From an uncultured virus (IMG/VR IMGVR_UViG_3300020469_000015) (Duplodnaviria > Heunggongvirae > Uroviricota > Caudoviricetes), in the IMG/VR virus record IMGVR_UViG_3300020469_000015: a stretch of 61,937 nt of DNA, one strand, 5' to 3'. A model generated the notes under the pieces. It was not told where the DNA came from, ran no database searches, and was given only the letters and a program-made list of their open reading frames with translations. Positions 47,289-56,465 of the stretch are shown piece by piece (within the stretch, counting starts at the first letter, position 1; each line of letters begins with the position of its first letter). The translations under genes were made by a program, and so were the position numbers.

Positions 47289-47856
47289 TAAAACAAAATG
47301 CGATATGATTATACTCCTCGCTTGAGAGTTTAGGTTTATATTGTTCGTGTACTCTATTGTACAAAGTATTGAGTTCAGTTATATAACTTACATAAGTGTC
47401 CTTATTGACCAAACTATTATAGACAATACACTTACCTTGTTTCTTTAACCAACGATTGTCTAACATCACTTGACCATCTGCGTCATACACATCAACAATC
47501 ACTACATCATAGTTATGTACTTCATGTATATAGTCATGGACATCACCTTGTATAATACGAAGGCGTTTTGACTTTGGTAAATTAAATTCTTTGTGTGCAA
47601 CTTCTATGACTTCAGGATTTATTTCAACGGTGTCTATGTGTACATCTGGAAAAGAATTGTATATTTCTGTATGTAAATTACCTGCACCAAGACCCAATAA
47701 ACAAACATGTTGTATATTCTCTACATGCGAAAACACTTTCATTATTTCTTTCATATACAATAAAGATATTTTTCCAGACGCATTAACACGACCTTGTATA
47801 AACTTATTATTAAAGAGCATAGACTTATAGTCTTTTGTTTTTCTTACTTCAATCAT
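47281..47856 (-). CDS. Class I SAM-dependent methyltransferase, spermidine-synthase-like
   Basis: CLLGLGAG, IDTVEINPEVIEVA...F, LRIIQGD...YI, YDVVIVDVYD. Confidence 0.85.
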   Translation of the reverse strand: MIEVRKTKDYKSMLFNNKFIQGRVNASGKISLLYMKEIMKVFSHVENIQHVCLLGLGAGNLHTEIYNSFPDVHIDTVEINPEVIEVAHKEFNLPKSKRLRIIQGDVHDYIHEVHNYDVVIVDVYDADGQVMLDNRWLKKQGKCIVYNSLVNKDTYVSYITELNTLYNRVHEQYKPKLSSEEYNHIAFCFND

Positions 47857-48179
47857 TTTAAATATTCCTCATTCGCTGTAAAGTTAAAAACTTTTTCCCA
47901 TTGTGTTTGATTTTCTACATGGTAACAATCTATGTGTGTGTACCCTTTTGATTTAGCATACCATACTCGTTGATGTCCGACAGATACTTGGTATGCGTTC
48001 CAAGATATGATGATAGGGTGTGTCATACCATGTTCGTCTAAACTTTCAAATAACTTTGATAGATTGTGTTTTTGTTTATCGTTTGGATTATCGTAATCTG
48101 TTTTGTTGCCGAGCATACTCAGATTGTAGACCTTGTGTATTTCTGGAAACTCTATGTGTTTGGCCGAAAGGTACTTCAT
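47853..48179 (-). CDS. ParB/sulfiredoxin N-terminal-like domain protein (paralogue of 46935..47288)
   Basis: LSKLFESLDEHGMTHPIII...VGHQRVWYAKSKGYTHI. Confidence 0.7.
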   Translation of the reverse strand: MKYLSAKHIEFPEIHKVYNLSMLGNKTDYDNPNDKQKHNLSKLFESLDEHGMTHPIIISWNAYQVSVGHQRVWYAKSKGYTHIDCYHVENQTQWEKVFNFTANEEYLK

Positions 48180-48278
48180 AGGTGGTTAAGGTTGGTGGTC
48201 TGAAATGCAAGCATGCTATATATAAGAGTTATGTTCATATTCTGTTGCATATGTGTAAATAAATTTATACTACTATAT

Positions 48279-48956
48279 CTAGTCCCGAGACATTATATTA
48301 GAACGAATACGTTGAAGTGGAAAAGAACCACAATTGATTTGTTGAAAGAACGTTATCAAGGTTAAACGATCCTGTGTACCAGTATCAAAGTTTTTTACAC
48401 CATGCCATAGACTACTATCAAAACCTATACAACGATTGTACTTATTACCAAAAGTAACATCAACAGAAAACTGGTCGTTAGACTTCTCTCGCCATACCTT
48501 ACCTTCGCTTGGTGGTATCTCACCGAGATAAACTGCTTTTTTAATCTTACTAAAATTAGGACTTGCAAATGCATCCTTCTCCGTATATAAAGATGTACCT
48601 GCTTGTTCGCTTGCACCAGGTGTCAAATAGATGATAAACGTATGAACGTCTGGATAATCTGTATGTACCCAACCTTCTTGCCAATGTTCTTCTTGGCGTA
48701 CCGGTATTTTTTGAAAGACTGACGTTGAACGCCATGACACATATTGTTTATCTTGCTCACTAAAGAACGCCGACAAATACTTATTCATTATCCATGTATA
48801 AATGTCATTATCAAGTTCATGTAGAGGTTGAGAACGAACACCAGGCCAACTACCATCGTCACTAGGTTGCCATATTGCCTTATTCTTGGCGAGTTCTACA
48901 ATTGAATCCGGGTCTTCAAAGAATCCATCTATACAAGTAGTAGGAAAGTATTGCAT
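48279..48956 (-). CDS. 2OG-Fe(II) oxygenase-like protein (DUF6445-like)
   Basis: IDGFFEDPD, WPGVRS, GWVHTD, IIYLTP.....GTSLY, NKYNR...FD...WHG, RLTLITF. Confidence 0.85.
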   Translation of the reverse strand: MQYFPTTCIDGFFEDPDSIVELAKNKAIWQPSDDGSWPGVRSQPLHELDNDIYTWIMNKYLSAFFSEQDKQYVSWRSTSVFQKIPVRQEEHWQEGWVHTDYPDVHTFIIYLTPGASEQAGTSLYTEKDAFASPNFSKIKKAVYLGEIPPSEGKVWREKSNDQFSVDVTFGNKYNRCIGFDSSLWHGVKNFDTGTQDRLTLITFFQQINCGSFPLQRIRSNIMSRD

Positions 48957-48972
48957 AATATAACGAGTTATC

Positions 48973-49119
48973 CTATTTGGATTGTTTTTCTAATTCTGCA
49001 ACTCTTGCTTTTAATTTTTCTATTTCTTCCATAATTTCTTTAATTGACATATTATTCTCCTGTTCATTAGTTTCACATTCGCCACAACAATCTGGCGTAC
49101 CACAATGATTATGTTCCAT
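48973..49119 (-). CDS. Miniprotein (48 aa) with a Cys cluster and a coiled coil
   Basis: MEHNHCGTPDCCGECETNEQENNMSIKKIMEEIEKLKARVAELEKQSK; ACTAAATA 6 nt upstream; internal AGGAG before M24. Confidence 0.65.
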   Translation of the reverse strand: MEHNHCGTPDCCGECETNEQENNMSIKEIMEEIEKLKARVAELEKQSK

Positions 49120-49296
49120 TTCTACTATTTAGTGTGCCTTCCACTCTCGCTTTCAGCACACCATGTATATACAATATTACTTATGTAACTGAATTAAACT
49201 TGCTCCAGTATTGACGTAGTGGGCTCCTGTATCTCTTAGTATCTTTATTACATTTATAGATTACCAGCAGCAGCTCAGTATAACATGCCCTATGCC

Positions 49297-50349
49297 TTAG
49301 TTTAAGTCTATAGGGTTACCATCTATGTTTACAGAACCACCGTCTATGTGTATCTGACCACCTGCACTCATTGTAATTTTGTTTGAAGCGTCTAGTCGTA
49401 AGTTGTCCATAGAGGCGTTCATGTCACCATCTATGAATTGATTGACATTACCTTTGACGTTCATGTTTAAGTCACCACCTCGTACCATAATGTTAATGTT
49501 GGCGCCACTACCTACTTCTATGTCATAGTGATTGCCTGTCGTGTCACTCTTATTGACCTTGACCTTTAAACTTCCGTCTATCGTCTGTACTTCGTTACCA
49601 CCTGTAAAGGCAAAAAGATTGCTGTTGACAATATCGTATTTATCTGATATAATAGAATTGACAAGGGTACCGTCATTACTGTATTCCATATAGGACCCTG
49701 AAGCATGGGATAGGTGTACCCTTCTCTTGTCAGTTGTATCGTCAAACTCTAGGACGTGACCTGTTTCTGTTGCAAAGACATGATTAAAAGGGTAGACAGG
49801 TGCATATGTACCTGCTAGTATTGCCGGCATGTCAAAAGAACTACCTGCTGACTGCACTACGTTGAGGTTACCGCTTACTGTGGGTATCTCAAATCCATCA
49901 AAGTCCGCTGTCGCCAGCGATGTTCGCCTTTTGTTCTCTCTCGCCGTAGGGTTTGCCGCCTCTGCTACTCCACGTGCTAATTCGTTTACATCACTCTCAC
50001 CTGACTTCACAGGATACACACCATGTGGGTCACGCATACCTTCATTGGCATTCTCATACTCAGGTCCTGCCTTAGAGGGTTGACCTGGTAATGCACCATG
50101 GATTAAAGGTTCTTGTTTATCTTCGTCTCTATACGTTACATAGACCCACGTGCCTTCTACAAAGAAAGGCGGCGTCATGCCTAGACCAGAGTTACCACCA
50201 GAGGGTACTACTACAGTTGCCCATGGCAAGTCACTCGTTGGTAAGATGTTTTGTTCTATAGGGTGTAGACCTAATACACGACAACGAAAACGCCCAAGTA
50301 AATCAGGATCGTTACGGTCTTCTACCACACCAATGTAATAATTTTTCAT
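49297..50349 (-). CDS. gp5: Baseplate hub / central spike protein lacking the lysozyme domain
   Basis: OB-fold GVVEDRNDP..LGR.RCRV.G.H...LPWA...GTWV; YPFNHV..TETGH..EFDDT...R.H..H.SG; C-terminal beta-helix; only 350 aa. Confidence 0.92.
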   Translation of the reverse strand: MKNYYIGVVEDRNDPDLLGRFRCRVLGLHPIEQNILPTSDLPWATVVVPSGGNSGLGMTPPFFVEGTWVYVTYRDEDKQEPLIHGALPGQPSKAGPEYENANEGMRDPHGVYPVKSGESDVNELARGVAEAANPTARENKRRTSLATADFDGFEIPTVSGNLNVVQSAGSSFDMPAILAGTYAPVYPFNHVFATETGHVLEFDDTTDKRRVHLSHASGSYMEYSNDGTLVNSIISDKYDIVNSNLFAFTGGNEVQTIDGSLKVKVNKSDTTGNHYDIEVGSGANINIMVRGGDLNMNVKGNVNQFIDGDMNASMDNLRLDASNKITMSAGGQIHIDGGSVNIDGNPIDLN

Positions 50350-50507
50350 CTAAAATTTTTCCTGTGTCGATAAGTTGTTTGTTTTAAAGGACTAGCATCC
50401 ATATTCTTTACAGCATTTGCGTACAGTAAAGTATTTACAAGATTTTGTAAACTTTGTAAACTTTTGCTCATGTAACATAAAGGTTTTAGTGGTCCTCTCT
50501 TATACAT
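50346..50507 (-). CDS. Possible small hypothetical protein (53 aa)
   Basis: MYKRGPLKPLCYMSKSLQ...RKNFR; overlaps the upstream stop and the gp5 start (ATGA). Confidence 0.4.
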   Translation of the reverse strand: MYKRGPLKPLCYMSKSLQSLQNLVNTLLYANAVKNMDASPLKQTTYRHRKNFR

Positions 50508-50778
50508 TCTTTTGTCTACCTTTCTTTATCACTATCTCGTTTTGGACCTGTTTACTCACTGGTCCTACCATACCTTTCGTGTATATGTATTGTTTTGTAT
50601 TTGTACTATTTCTCAATATTGTATCCTCTTGTATGTCTATATCATGTCGTACAGGACGAGGGTCATATGTTGTTAAGCATAGTTGTCCTTCACTTATCTC
50701 TATTGCAACATTTGGTTCTATACAGTAATCTGTATTGTCTCTTATCGTTACACCTTCAATATTACTTTGTCTATACAT
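50500..50778 (-). CDS. Hypothetical protein (92 aa)
   Basis: ORF track; overlaps the upstream stop codon; no recognisable motif. Confidence 0.5.
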   Translation of the reverse strand: MYRQSNIEGVTIRDNTDYCIEPNVAIEISEGQLCLTTYDPRPVRHDIDIQEDTILRNSTNTKQYIYTKGMVGPVSKQVQNEIVIKKGRQKNV

Positions 50779-51265
50779 TATAATTAATCACTATACTATA
50801 TCGTTTGTTAATTTCTGCGACTTCTTTTGGCATATTCACAATACTATGTGGTATTTGACCATTCATTATCATACATGTATTTTCTATTGCCGGTAATATG
50901 CATTGATTGTCTATGTTTGTACCATACTCAGGATATTTATTTTGTAGATAATAAACAAGTGTATATGGCGTTGTGTGTTTATGCATACCATAATCATTGT
51001 TTACAGTTGATACGTTTGCCCAACATTTATCTATGATTGCATGTGGATTGATACTATGCATGTATTTTTCCATACGTTCTAAAAAAAACTTCCAGTCTGT
51101 CATATAGGTAATATGTAAATCAGCATATGTTTGATATAATGATACTGTTTTGTCGTGGTTATTGAGAATTTCATCATCAATCATTGAAATTAACGTACCT
51201 CGTTGTTCGTCTGATAAAGCGACATCAAATGTATGGTAATCTTCGTTGTTTATTGTAAGTATCAT
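50771..51265 (-). CDS. 2OG-Fe(II) oxygenase-like protein (HxH type)
   Basis: CWANV.......MHKH.....LVYYL......GT, IPHSI, RYSIVIN. Confidence 0.75.
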   Translation of the reverse strand: MILTINNEDYHTFDVALSDEQRGTLISMIDDEILNNHDKTVSLYQTYADLHITYMTDWKFFLERMEKYMHSINPHAIIDKCWANVSTVNNDYGMHKHTTPYTLVYYLQNKYPEYGTNIDNQCILPAIENTCMIMNGQIPHSIVNMPKEVAEINKRYSIVINYNV

Positions 51266-52599
51266 TCGTTATCCACATTTTGTAATATACTTTGGTCTGT
51301 ACTTGTATAAGGTTGTTCTACGGAATCCCTCACACAATCAAATGTCGTTGTATATCTGGTACTATTTAGCGTATGCACTACGTTGGTCAGTAGCCAACGA
51401 CCTGAGAGGAAAGCGTCGTGTATTCTTGTGCTAGTCTTGTCGAGTGGTTCGTAGGAAGGAACTCGTAGGTGTATAATGTCTCCTGCGGCTAGATTAGAAT
51501 TTCCAAAGACTGTGCATTTTGCGGCTATCTGGTCATGTTGTAATCTATCGTGGTTACGTTGTTGTGTTTTACCTGTGTGATTATCGTATTTACCATCACC
51601 TTTCTTTTGACTATGTAATGCGACATCTTTTGTTGTAATCATTATCTTACTGTCATTTTTATCAAACAATGTGTCGCCATTATTTGTTTCTGGTGTCATG
51701 GTAAACAATGACCCTATATTCTTACCTACTGTTGTATGTACTTCTTGTGTGAAGTTTTCCATGTAGTTATTGAATAGAACAGAAAAGGATTTGTTCGTAA
51801 AGTCGTAATTGTAATTTGTACTCGCTGTTAATCCTGTATTAATCGCTGCCATCACATCTTGGTTTTTCATTATACGATATTCTAATACGGACTTCATGTC
51901 TTCCGCTATACTACTATTACGTTCACTAGGTTGTACAATGTATTCTTCTTGTACGGTTCTTTCTACACCTGGCGTTCTATGTGTATGATTTTTATAAGAA
52001 CGGAAGTTATATCCACGATGATTTTCATAGAATAGATAACCTTGTGCGTCAAATTGTGCGCTACAAGAACGTTTTGTTAACATCTTGGTAATGAAATCAA
52101 ATGGTGTTGAGTGATTACCTAATAACTTACCACCTTGTGATGAATTTTCTGTCGCAATACTTTTCTTTGTCTTTAATACATTGAGTAATATATTTGCAAC
52201 TATCTCGTCTGTTGTACCCTCGTATGCTTGTTTACACGCTGTCTGTTGATTTTGTATTGCTTCTTGCGTTGTAAAATGTAATGTATAGACCTGTTGTCTC
52301 TCAGCGGTACGCACTTGGTCTGATACCTTGTATATTCTTGCCTTATGTCTTGTAAAATCTATGCTTTCGTTATCTGGATTATCGTCTGTACCAAACTTAA
52401 ACTCTAATAACTCTTGCCCTATAATAGGCATATTCTGTATATGATTGTTTGTATCAGCAATGACTATGTTGCCATACATTGCGTTAGTGTGGATACTTTC
52501 GTACACATTCAATTCTACCATCAATGTTTTGATATCAATTGTGCCTGTTGGCGCATGTAATAGTATGCTATCTAGTTTATAATCACCTGCTTGGTTCAT
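51262..52599 (-). CDS. Baseplate hub protein (gp27-like / late-control D fold)
   Basis: ELNVYESI....MYG.I.I.D.......PIIGQE.L, YLFYEN..GYNF.S, FGNS.L.AGDII.L, LSGRWL.T.V.H; lies between gp53 and gp5. Confidence 0.75.
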   Translation of the reverse strand: MNQAGDYKLDSILLHAPTGTIDIKTLMVELNVYESIHTNAMYGNIVIADTNNHIQNMPIIGQELLEFKFGTDDNPDNESIDFTRHKARIYKVSDQVRTAERQQVYTLHFTTQEAIQNQQTACKQAYEGTTDEIVANILLNVLKTKKSIATENSSQGGKLLGNHSTPFDFITKMLTKRSCSAQFDAQGYLFYENHRGYNFRSYKNHTHRTPGVERTVQEEYIVQPSERNSSIAEDMKSVLEYRIMKNQDVMAAINTGLTASTNYNYDFTNKSFSVLFNNYMENFTQEVHTTVGKNIGSLFTMTPETNNGDTLFDKNDSKIMITTKDVALHSQKKGDGKYDNHTGKTQQRNHDRLQHDQIAAKCTVFGNSNLAAGDIIHLRVPSYEPLDKTSTRIHDAFLSGRWLLTNVVHTLNSTRYTTTFDCVRDSVEQPYTSTDQSILQNVDNE

Positions 52600-52604
52600 T
52601 CAGG

Positions 52605-53111
52605 TTACCTTTGTATTAGTTTCTCAAACTCTTCCTTAAATTGTAAGACGTAACCTCTATCTAAAAGACGTATTTTACGTTTATCATCATTAAGAGTTTG
52701 TTCATATTCGTAATTAGTCACGGCTACTGCGCCTGCTGTGTCGCTTGATACTGTAAGTTTTCGTGTTGTATCACCTGAAGACGCATTTACTTCATGGTGG
52801 TGCGTACCGTCTGGATTATCGTACTTGTCAATGACATATTGAGACAATGCAACTTGGTCAAGCGGCCAGTCATAATGCGACTTCACATTGTTTACTGTGA
52901 CCACAACCCAATGATACATGCTGTTACCATAATACTTAGACGCAACAATGTCAGGACTTTCGCCATCAGCAACATTATACTCATCAAAAACAAGTGTATT
53001 AGCTGCGACATTACTTCTCAGGTTGACACGTCTTAATAAATCTGTTATAAGTGTACGCTTATCTGTGTTCTTTAGGTCGTATTCGTATGTAGGAAACTTT
53101 TCAAAGTACAT
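52605..53111 (-). CDS. gp53: Baseplate wedge subunit
   Basis: MYF..FP...Y, Y.V.DGE.PD.VA.KYYG....HWVV...N......DWP, VTNYEYE...ND.KR.I.LL. Confidence 0.93.
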   Translation of the reverse strand: MYFEKFPTYEYDLKNTDKRTLITDLLRRVNLRSNVAANTLVFDEYNVADGESPDIVASKYYGNSMYHWVVVTVNNVKSHYDWPLDQVALSQYVIDKYDNPDGTHHHEVNASSGDTTRKLTVSSDTAGAVAVTNYEYEQTLNDDKRKIRLLDRGYVLQFKEEFEKLIQR

Positions 53112-53112
53112 C

Positions 53113-54264
53113 TTAATATCCTTCTACTATTTTTTCTTTTGTCATTATTTCTGTTTCAGTAAATGTCAATGACATATTAATTTCTGTAGGTGGTGGACTT
53201 CCGTCAACTGGTCTAAAGTGTTGACTTTCACCACCAGGACCGTATGTTACGCTCATGTCTGTAAGTACACATTGACCTGTAAATGGGTACCATTGATTTT
53301 CTACGCCTTGAAACATATAATAGATTTCAAACTCACTAGGGAATATCAAGTGTCTACCAACTGCTTCGTTTTGTACTCTCTCAGGTAACATATGAAACTT
53401 AAATAGTTTGATAATGTTATCTACTGTACGCACTTCGCTTTCACTTCTTGGTGTAAATCTAAAACTGTATTGAAATGAACGTAAATCAACTGATTGGAAT
53501 ATTGCTTCTATTGCCGGGTTCAATGCTTTCTGTTGACCTTTTCTTAATACACCTTGTAAATCACCACCACCAATTAAGTCAGCACCACCAGCAGCTAATT
53601 TCATAGTCAACGTATCTGTTAACGCACTCATAATTGTATTGAATGTACCTGTATTACCAAGTTGTTTTAACATACCGTCAACACTTGTTGCTTCTGCAAG
53701 TTGTTGACCAAGTACACCTGCAAGACCTGTTTCTGAATTTTTATAATTTGCTTTGTAATCTGATTTAAAGTTAGGTGGCATGTACAATGATATAACATCA
53801 CTAGTACGTTTTAATCTACCACTTCTTTTTAATGCGCCAGACATAGAGATAGTTTTATCTCTTTGTGCAAGTTCAGCACCTTTTAAAGGTTGACTTGTTT
53901 TAGCAGATGATGTAATACCATCTTGCTTTTTATGTTTTTTTGTAATCTGTTGTTTTGTTTGAACACCATGTACATTTTCTCTTGTGACTTCGCTTGTTTC
54001 TGTTTGTGGTCCTGCATATTTACTCTTTGCAACTTCGTAAATGTAAAACATGATATAGTGACCAAATTCTGCTGTACCTAAATCATCTGGATATTGTACT
54101 GTACCAAATGAGTATGGATTCTTTTCTGTATCTAAGTGTGCCGTAGAACTATTTGGTTTTGTTTTTCTGGACAGGTCTACACCTGCAGCTGCTGTCGCTT
54201 TAGATGAACCACCTAATACGCCGCCAAATAACCTACTTCTTAATTGTTGTGCAAAGCTTGTCAT
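53113..54264 (-). CDS. gp48: Baseplate tail tube cap
   Basis: YP.DL, ISLYMP, NP..E.IF....LRSF...F.FTP.S..E......II..FK..MLP, P.EF.I.Y, CVLTDMSV.Y, F.ETE..TK. Confidence 0.9.
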   Translation of the reverse strand: MTSFAQQLRSRLFGGVLGGSSKATAAAGVDLSRKTKPNSSTAHLDTEKNPYSFGTVQYPDDLGTAEFGHYIMFYIYEVAKSKYAGPQTETSEVTRENVHGVQTKQQITKKHKKQDGITSSAKTSQPLKGAELAQRDKTISMSGALKRSGRLKRTSDVISLYMPPNFKSDYKANYKNSETGLAGVLGQQLAEATSVDGMLKQLGNTGTFNTIMSALTDTLTMKLAAGGADLIGGGDLQGVLRKGQQKALNPAIEAIFQSVDLRSFQYSFRFTPRSESEVRTVDNIIKLFKFHMLPERVQNEAVGRHLIFPSEFEIYYMFQGVENQWYPFTGQCVLTDMSVTYGPGGESQHFRPVDGSPPPTEINMSLTFTETEIMTKEKIVEGY

Positions 54265-54279
54265 AATACTATTTATCTG

Positions 54280-54777
54280 TTATAATGGCGAAACTGTTGA
54301 CCAATGTTTTAAAACATCTTCCGTAATAATCACAAACTTATAACCTTTCTTTTTACAGTATATCTCAGCACTATCCCACTTCGCCTTGTTAAGTATGTAC
54401 TGCTCAGTTGTATATTTCCAGTCTTTTGTTACACGTTTAGGTTTCTTAGGTGCTTGTGTGTACTTTTTAGGCTTGATTTCTAACACGGATTCTGATATAA
54501 TACCTTCTTTGTTCTTATATTTGATATAAACATCAGGAAAGTACCTGTGTATTCTTCTATCAAAAGGACTACGATAAGGTATGAAAAACTCCTCACTTGA
54601 CCATTTAAGTATTGCTGGATTTAAGTCACAATACTTGAATACCGTCTTTTCCCAACTACTTCTAAAGATAATATTTGTAGGGTCACCTTTGTATTTCTCT
54701 GGATTATATGGTCTATACTTGTTCTTTACTGCCATCTTATGGACATACTTACCTATCTTCTTCTTTCGCTTAATCAT
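54280..54777 (-). CDS. gp4: Head completion protein (TnsA-like nuclease fold)
   Basis: YRP.NP.KY.GD...I.FRSSWE.....YCD.N..I..WSSEE..IPY.SP.D...HRYFPD, EIKP, N.AKW..A; start 54777 chosen from the promoter 5 nt upstream. Confidence 0.93.
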   Translation of the reverse strand: MIKRKKKIGKYVHKMAVKNKYRPYNPEKYKGDPTNIIFRSSWEKTVFKYCDLNPAILKWSSEEFFIPYRSPFDRRIHRYFPDVYIKYKNKEGIISESVLEIKPKKYTQAPKKPKRVTKDWKYTTEQYILNKAKWDSAEIYCKKKGYKFVIITEDVLKHWSTVSPL

Positions 54778-54782
54778 ATCCT

Positions 54783-54798
54783 TATTTAGATATAAATA
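54783..54798. promoter_or_regulatory. Abutting divergent late promoters for gp4 and gp2
   Basis: TATTTAGA|TATAAATA: TCTAAATA on minus and TATAAATA on plus, each 5 nt from an ATG. Confidence 0.75.
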
Positions 54799-54803
54799 GT
54801 AAC

Positions 54804-55328
54804 ATGGCAACAAAAGTATTTGAACCTATAAGAAATCTGGCAGGTGATAGAGATAAATCACTTCAATGGTATCGTGGTAAAGTTAAGTCTCTTATGGACA
54901 CAATAACAAAGAATAAACTTATGAAAGGTAGACTATATGCAAGTCCACAATTCAGAGGTCTAAACTTCTTTCGTTACAATCCAAAGTACAAAGAAATATT
55001 ACCTTACTATGATATGTTTCCTCTTGTGTTACCTATACAACCAGCGTCAGGTGGATTTCTAGGTATTAATTTTCATTACTTACCAATACCGTTAAGAATG
55101 AAATTATTTGAAACATTAGAAAAGAAAGACTTTAAAGGTGATTATAGAGCACTTAAAAATGTAAGAGAGATTAAACCTACAATCAAACATTATTTAAGAG
55201 GTCAACTTGCTAGTAAATTTTTAAGACTAGATGAAGATGAATACGCACCATCTATATTTTTACCTGTACAAGACTTTAGAAAAGCAGGCGTAAGTACGGT
55301 ACATAGCGCTTCAAGGAGAATGATATAA
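54804..55328 (+). CDS. gp2: DNA end protector protein
   Basis: WY, FF.Y.PK.K..LPYYD.FPLV.......GF.GINFHYLP...R..L, P.IKHYL, .FLPVQ.F. Confidence 0.9.
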   Translation: MATKVFEPIRNLAGDRDKSLQWYRGKVKSLMDTITKNKLMKGRLYASPQFRGLNFFRYNPKYKEILPYYDMFPLVLPIQPASGGFLGINFHYLPIPLRMKLFETLEKKDFKGDYRALKNVREIKPTIKHYLRGQLASKFLRLDEDEYAPSIFLPVQDFRKAGVSTVHSASRRMI

Positions 55329-55501
55329 TGGATAGAGATAGAACAAAACAATTAACTGCTCACAGACTAGAAATGAGTAGAAAGAAACAAGAATTAAATT
55401 TAACAAAAAATCTACGAAACGAAGTAGAGATTGGTGCTAATGGTACACAAAAATATGTTATCAAAGAAGGTATCAATAAAGGGAAAGTATTAGGGAAATA
55501 A
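55328..55501 (+). CDS. Small basic hypothetical protein (57 aa)
   Basis: MDRDRTKQLTAHRLEMSRKKQELNLTKNLRNEVEIGANGTQKYVIKEGINKGKVLGK; TAATG coupling at both ends; AAGGAG SD. Confidence 0.7.
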   Translation: MDRDRTKQLTAHRLEMSRKKQELNLTKNLRNEVEIGANGTQKYVIKEGINKGKVLGK

Positions 55502-56442
55502 TGGCAATTTTCAGACAAGGTAAAAGAGTAGGACCTTTTGATATAAGATTAGGTCTGCCACGTGGTAGAGAATACGATAACATACCTGGTGATCCTAGAT
55601 TAAAGAGTAGAGCAAATCCTGAAACTACAATTAATCGTTTCAGAGGTGCATTATCTAAAGGTGAGGGTGTTGCTCGTAATACTAGATTTTTAATCAATGT
55701 TACATTACCGTCTGGAGATATTATACAAGGTCTAATTAATGAGGCAAGTAACCAAGAAAAAGAAAATGTTATTTCAGAAACAGCACAAGGTCCTGGTGGT
55801 AGATACGGTACTAACGTTGACATGGCAAAAGAAGTTGCGTTAATGTGTGAAACTGTTACTATGCCTGCTAGAACATTTACTACTAACCCATATCGTATTG
55901 CAGGAGCACCTTATAAGTATCCTGTGCAAGTGTTATATGGTGATGTACAAATGACATTTATAGGCGACAAATTTTTAAGATTAAGAAACTTCTTTGAAAT
56001 GTGGCAACAACAAGTGTATGATAATCAAACAGGAATGTTTAATTTTTATAAAGAGTACACAGGTAATGTTGACATATTCCAACTAGGTTCTTTTGATGAA
56101 GCAAATGATAGAGATATGGCAACATACGGTGTAAGATTAAGAGAAGCATTCCCTGCTCAGATTGGTGAGATACAATATGATAGTGGTGCAATGAACCAAT
56201 ATGTTAAGATTAATGTTACATTTGCATATAGAGATTGGTTAAACTTTGATTTAGATGTGGACTCAACTGGTAAAGTTGGTGGTCTATCATCTGGTGAGGT
56301 GAAACCTGGTCAAGGTGGGTTCTTACAAGGACTTCCACCTGAATTAAGACGAACAGGTAGAGACGTTATCAACGGATTAAAACGTTCTATCCCAATTGGT
56401 AAAGTATTTGGTGGTAAAATATTCCCGCCACTTACTTTTTAA
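55501..56442 (+). CDS. Tail-tube-fold baseplate protein (gp54-like tail tube initiator)
   Basis: G.AR..RF.I, LMCE.V.MP.R, Y.DV..TF, FFE.WQ.......Y..EY...V.I.QL, L.EAFP..I, V.FAYR.W. Confidence 0.8.
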   Translation: MAIFRQGKRVGPFDIRLGLPRGREYDNIPGDPRLKSRANPETTINRFRGALSKGEGVARNTRFLINVTLPSGDIIQGLINEASNQEKENVISETAQGPGGRYGTNVDMAKEVALMCETVTMPARTFTTNPYRIAGAPYKYPVQVLYGDVQMTFIGDKFLRLRNFFEMWQQQVYDNQTGMFNFYKEYTGNVDIFQLGSFDEANDRDMATYGVRLREAFPAQIGEIQYDSGAMNQYVKINVTFAYRDWLNFDLDVDSTGKVGGLSSGEVKPGQGGFLQGLPPELRRTGRDVINGLKRSIPIGKVFGGKIFPPLTF

Positions 56443-56465
56443 TTATTATATAAAGGAGATATATT

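Noticed and set aside
48176..48250. 24-aa minus-strand ORF (MQQNMNITLIYSMLAFQTTNLNHL) overlapping the ParB-like start
   Set aside because: No SD or recognisable motif; too short to support
54280..54777. TnsA-like nuclease as a homing endonuclease or transposon
   Set aside because: Motifs and position match the T4-like head completion protein gp4; no terminal repeats or transposase
54778..54813. Longer gp4 start (TTG 54813) from the ORF track
   Set aside because: Would overlap the gp2 start and both promoters; ATG 54777 fits better
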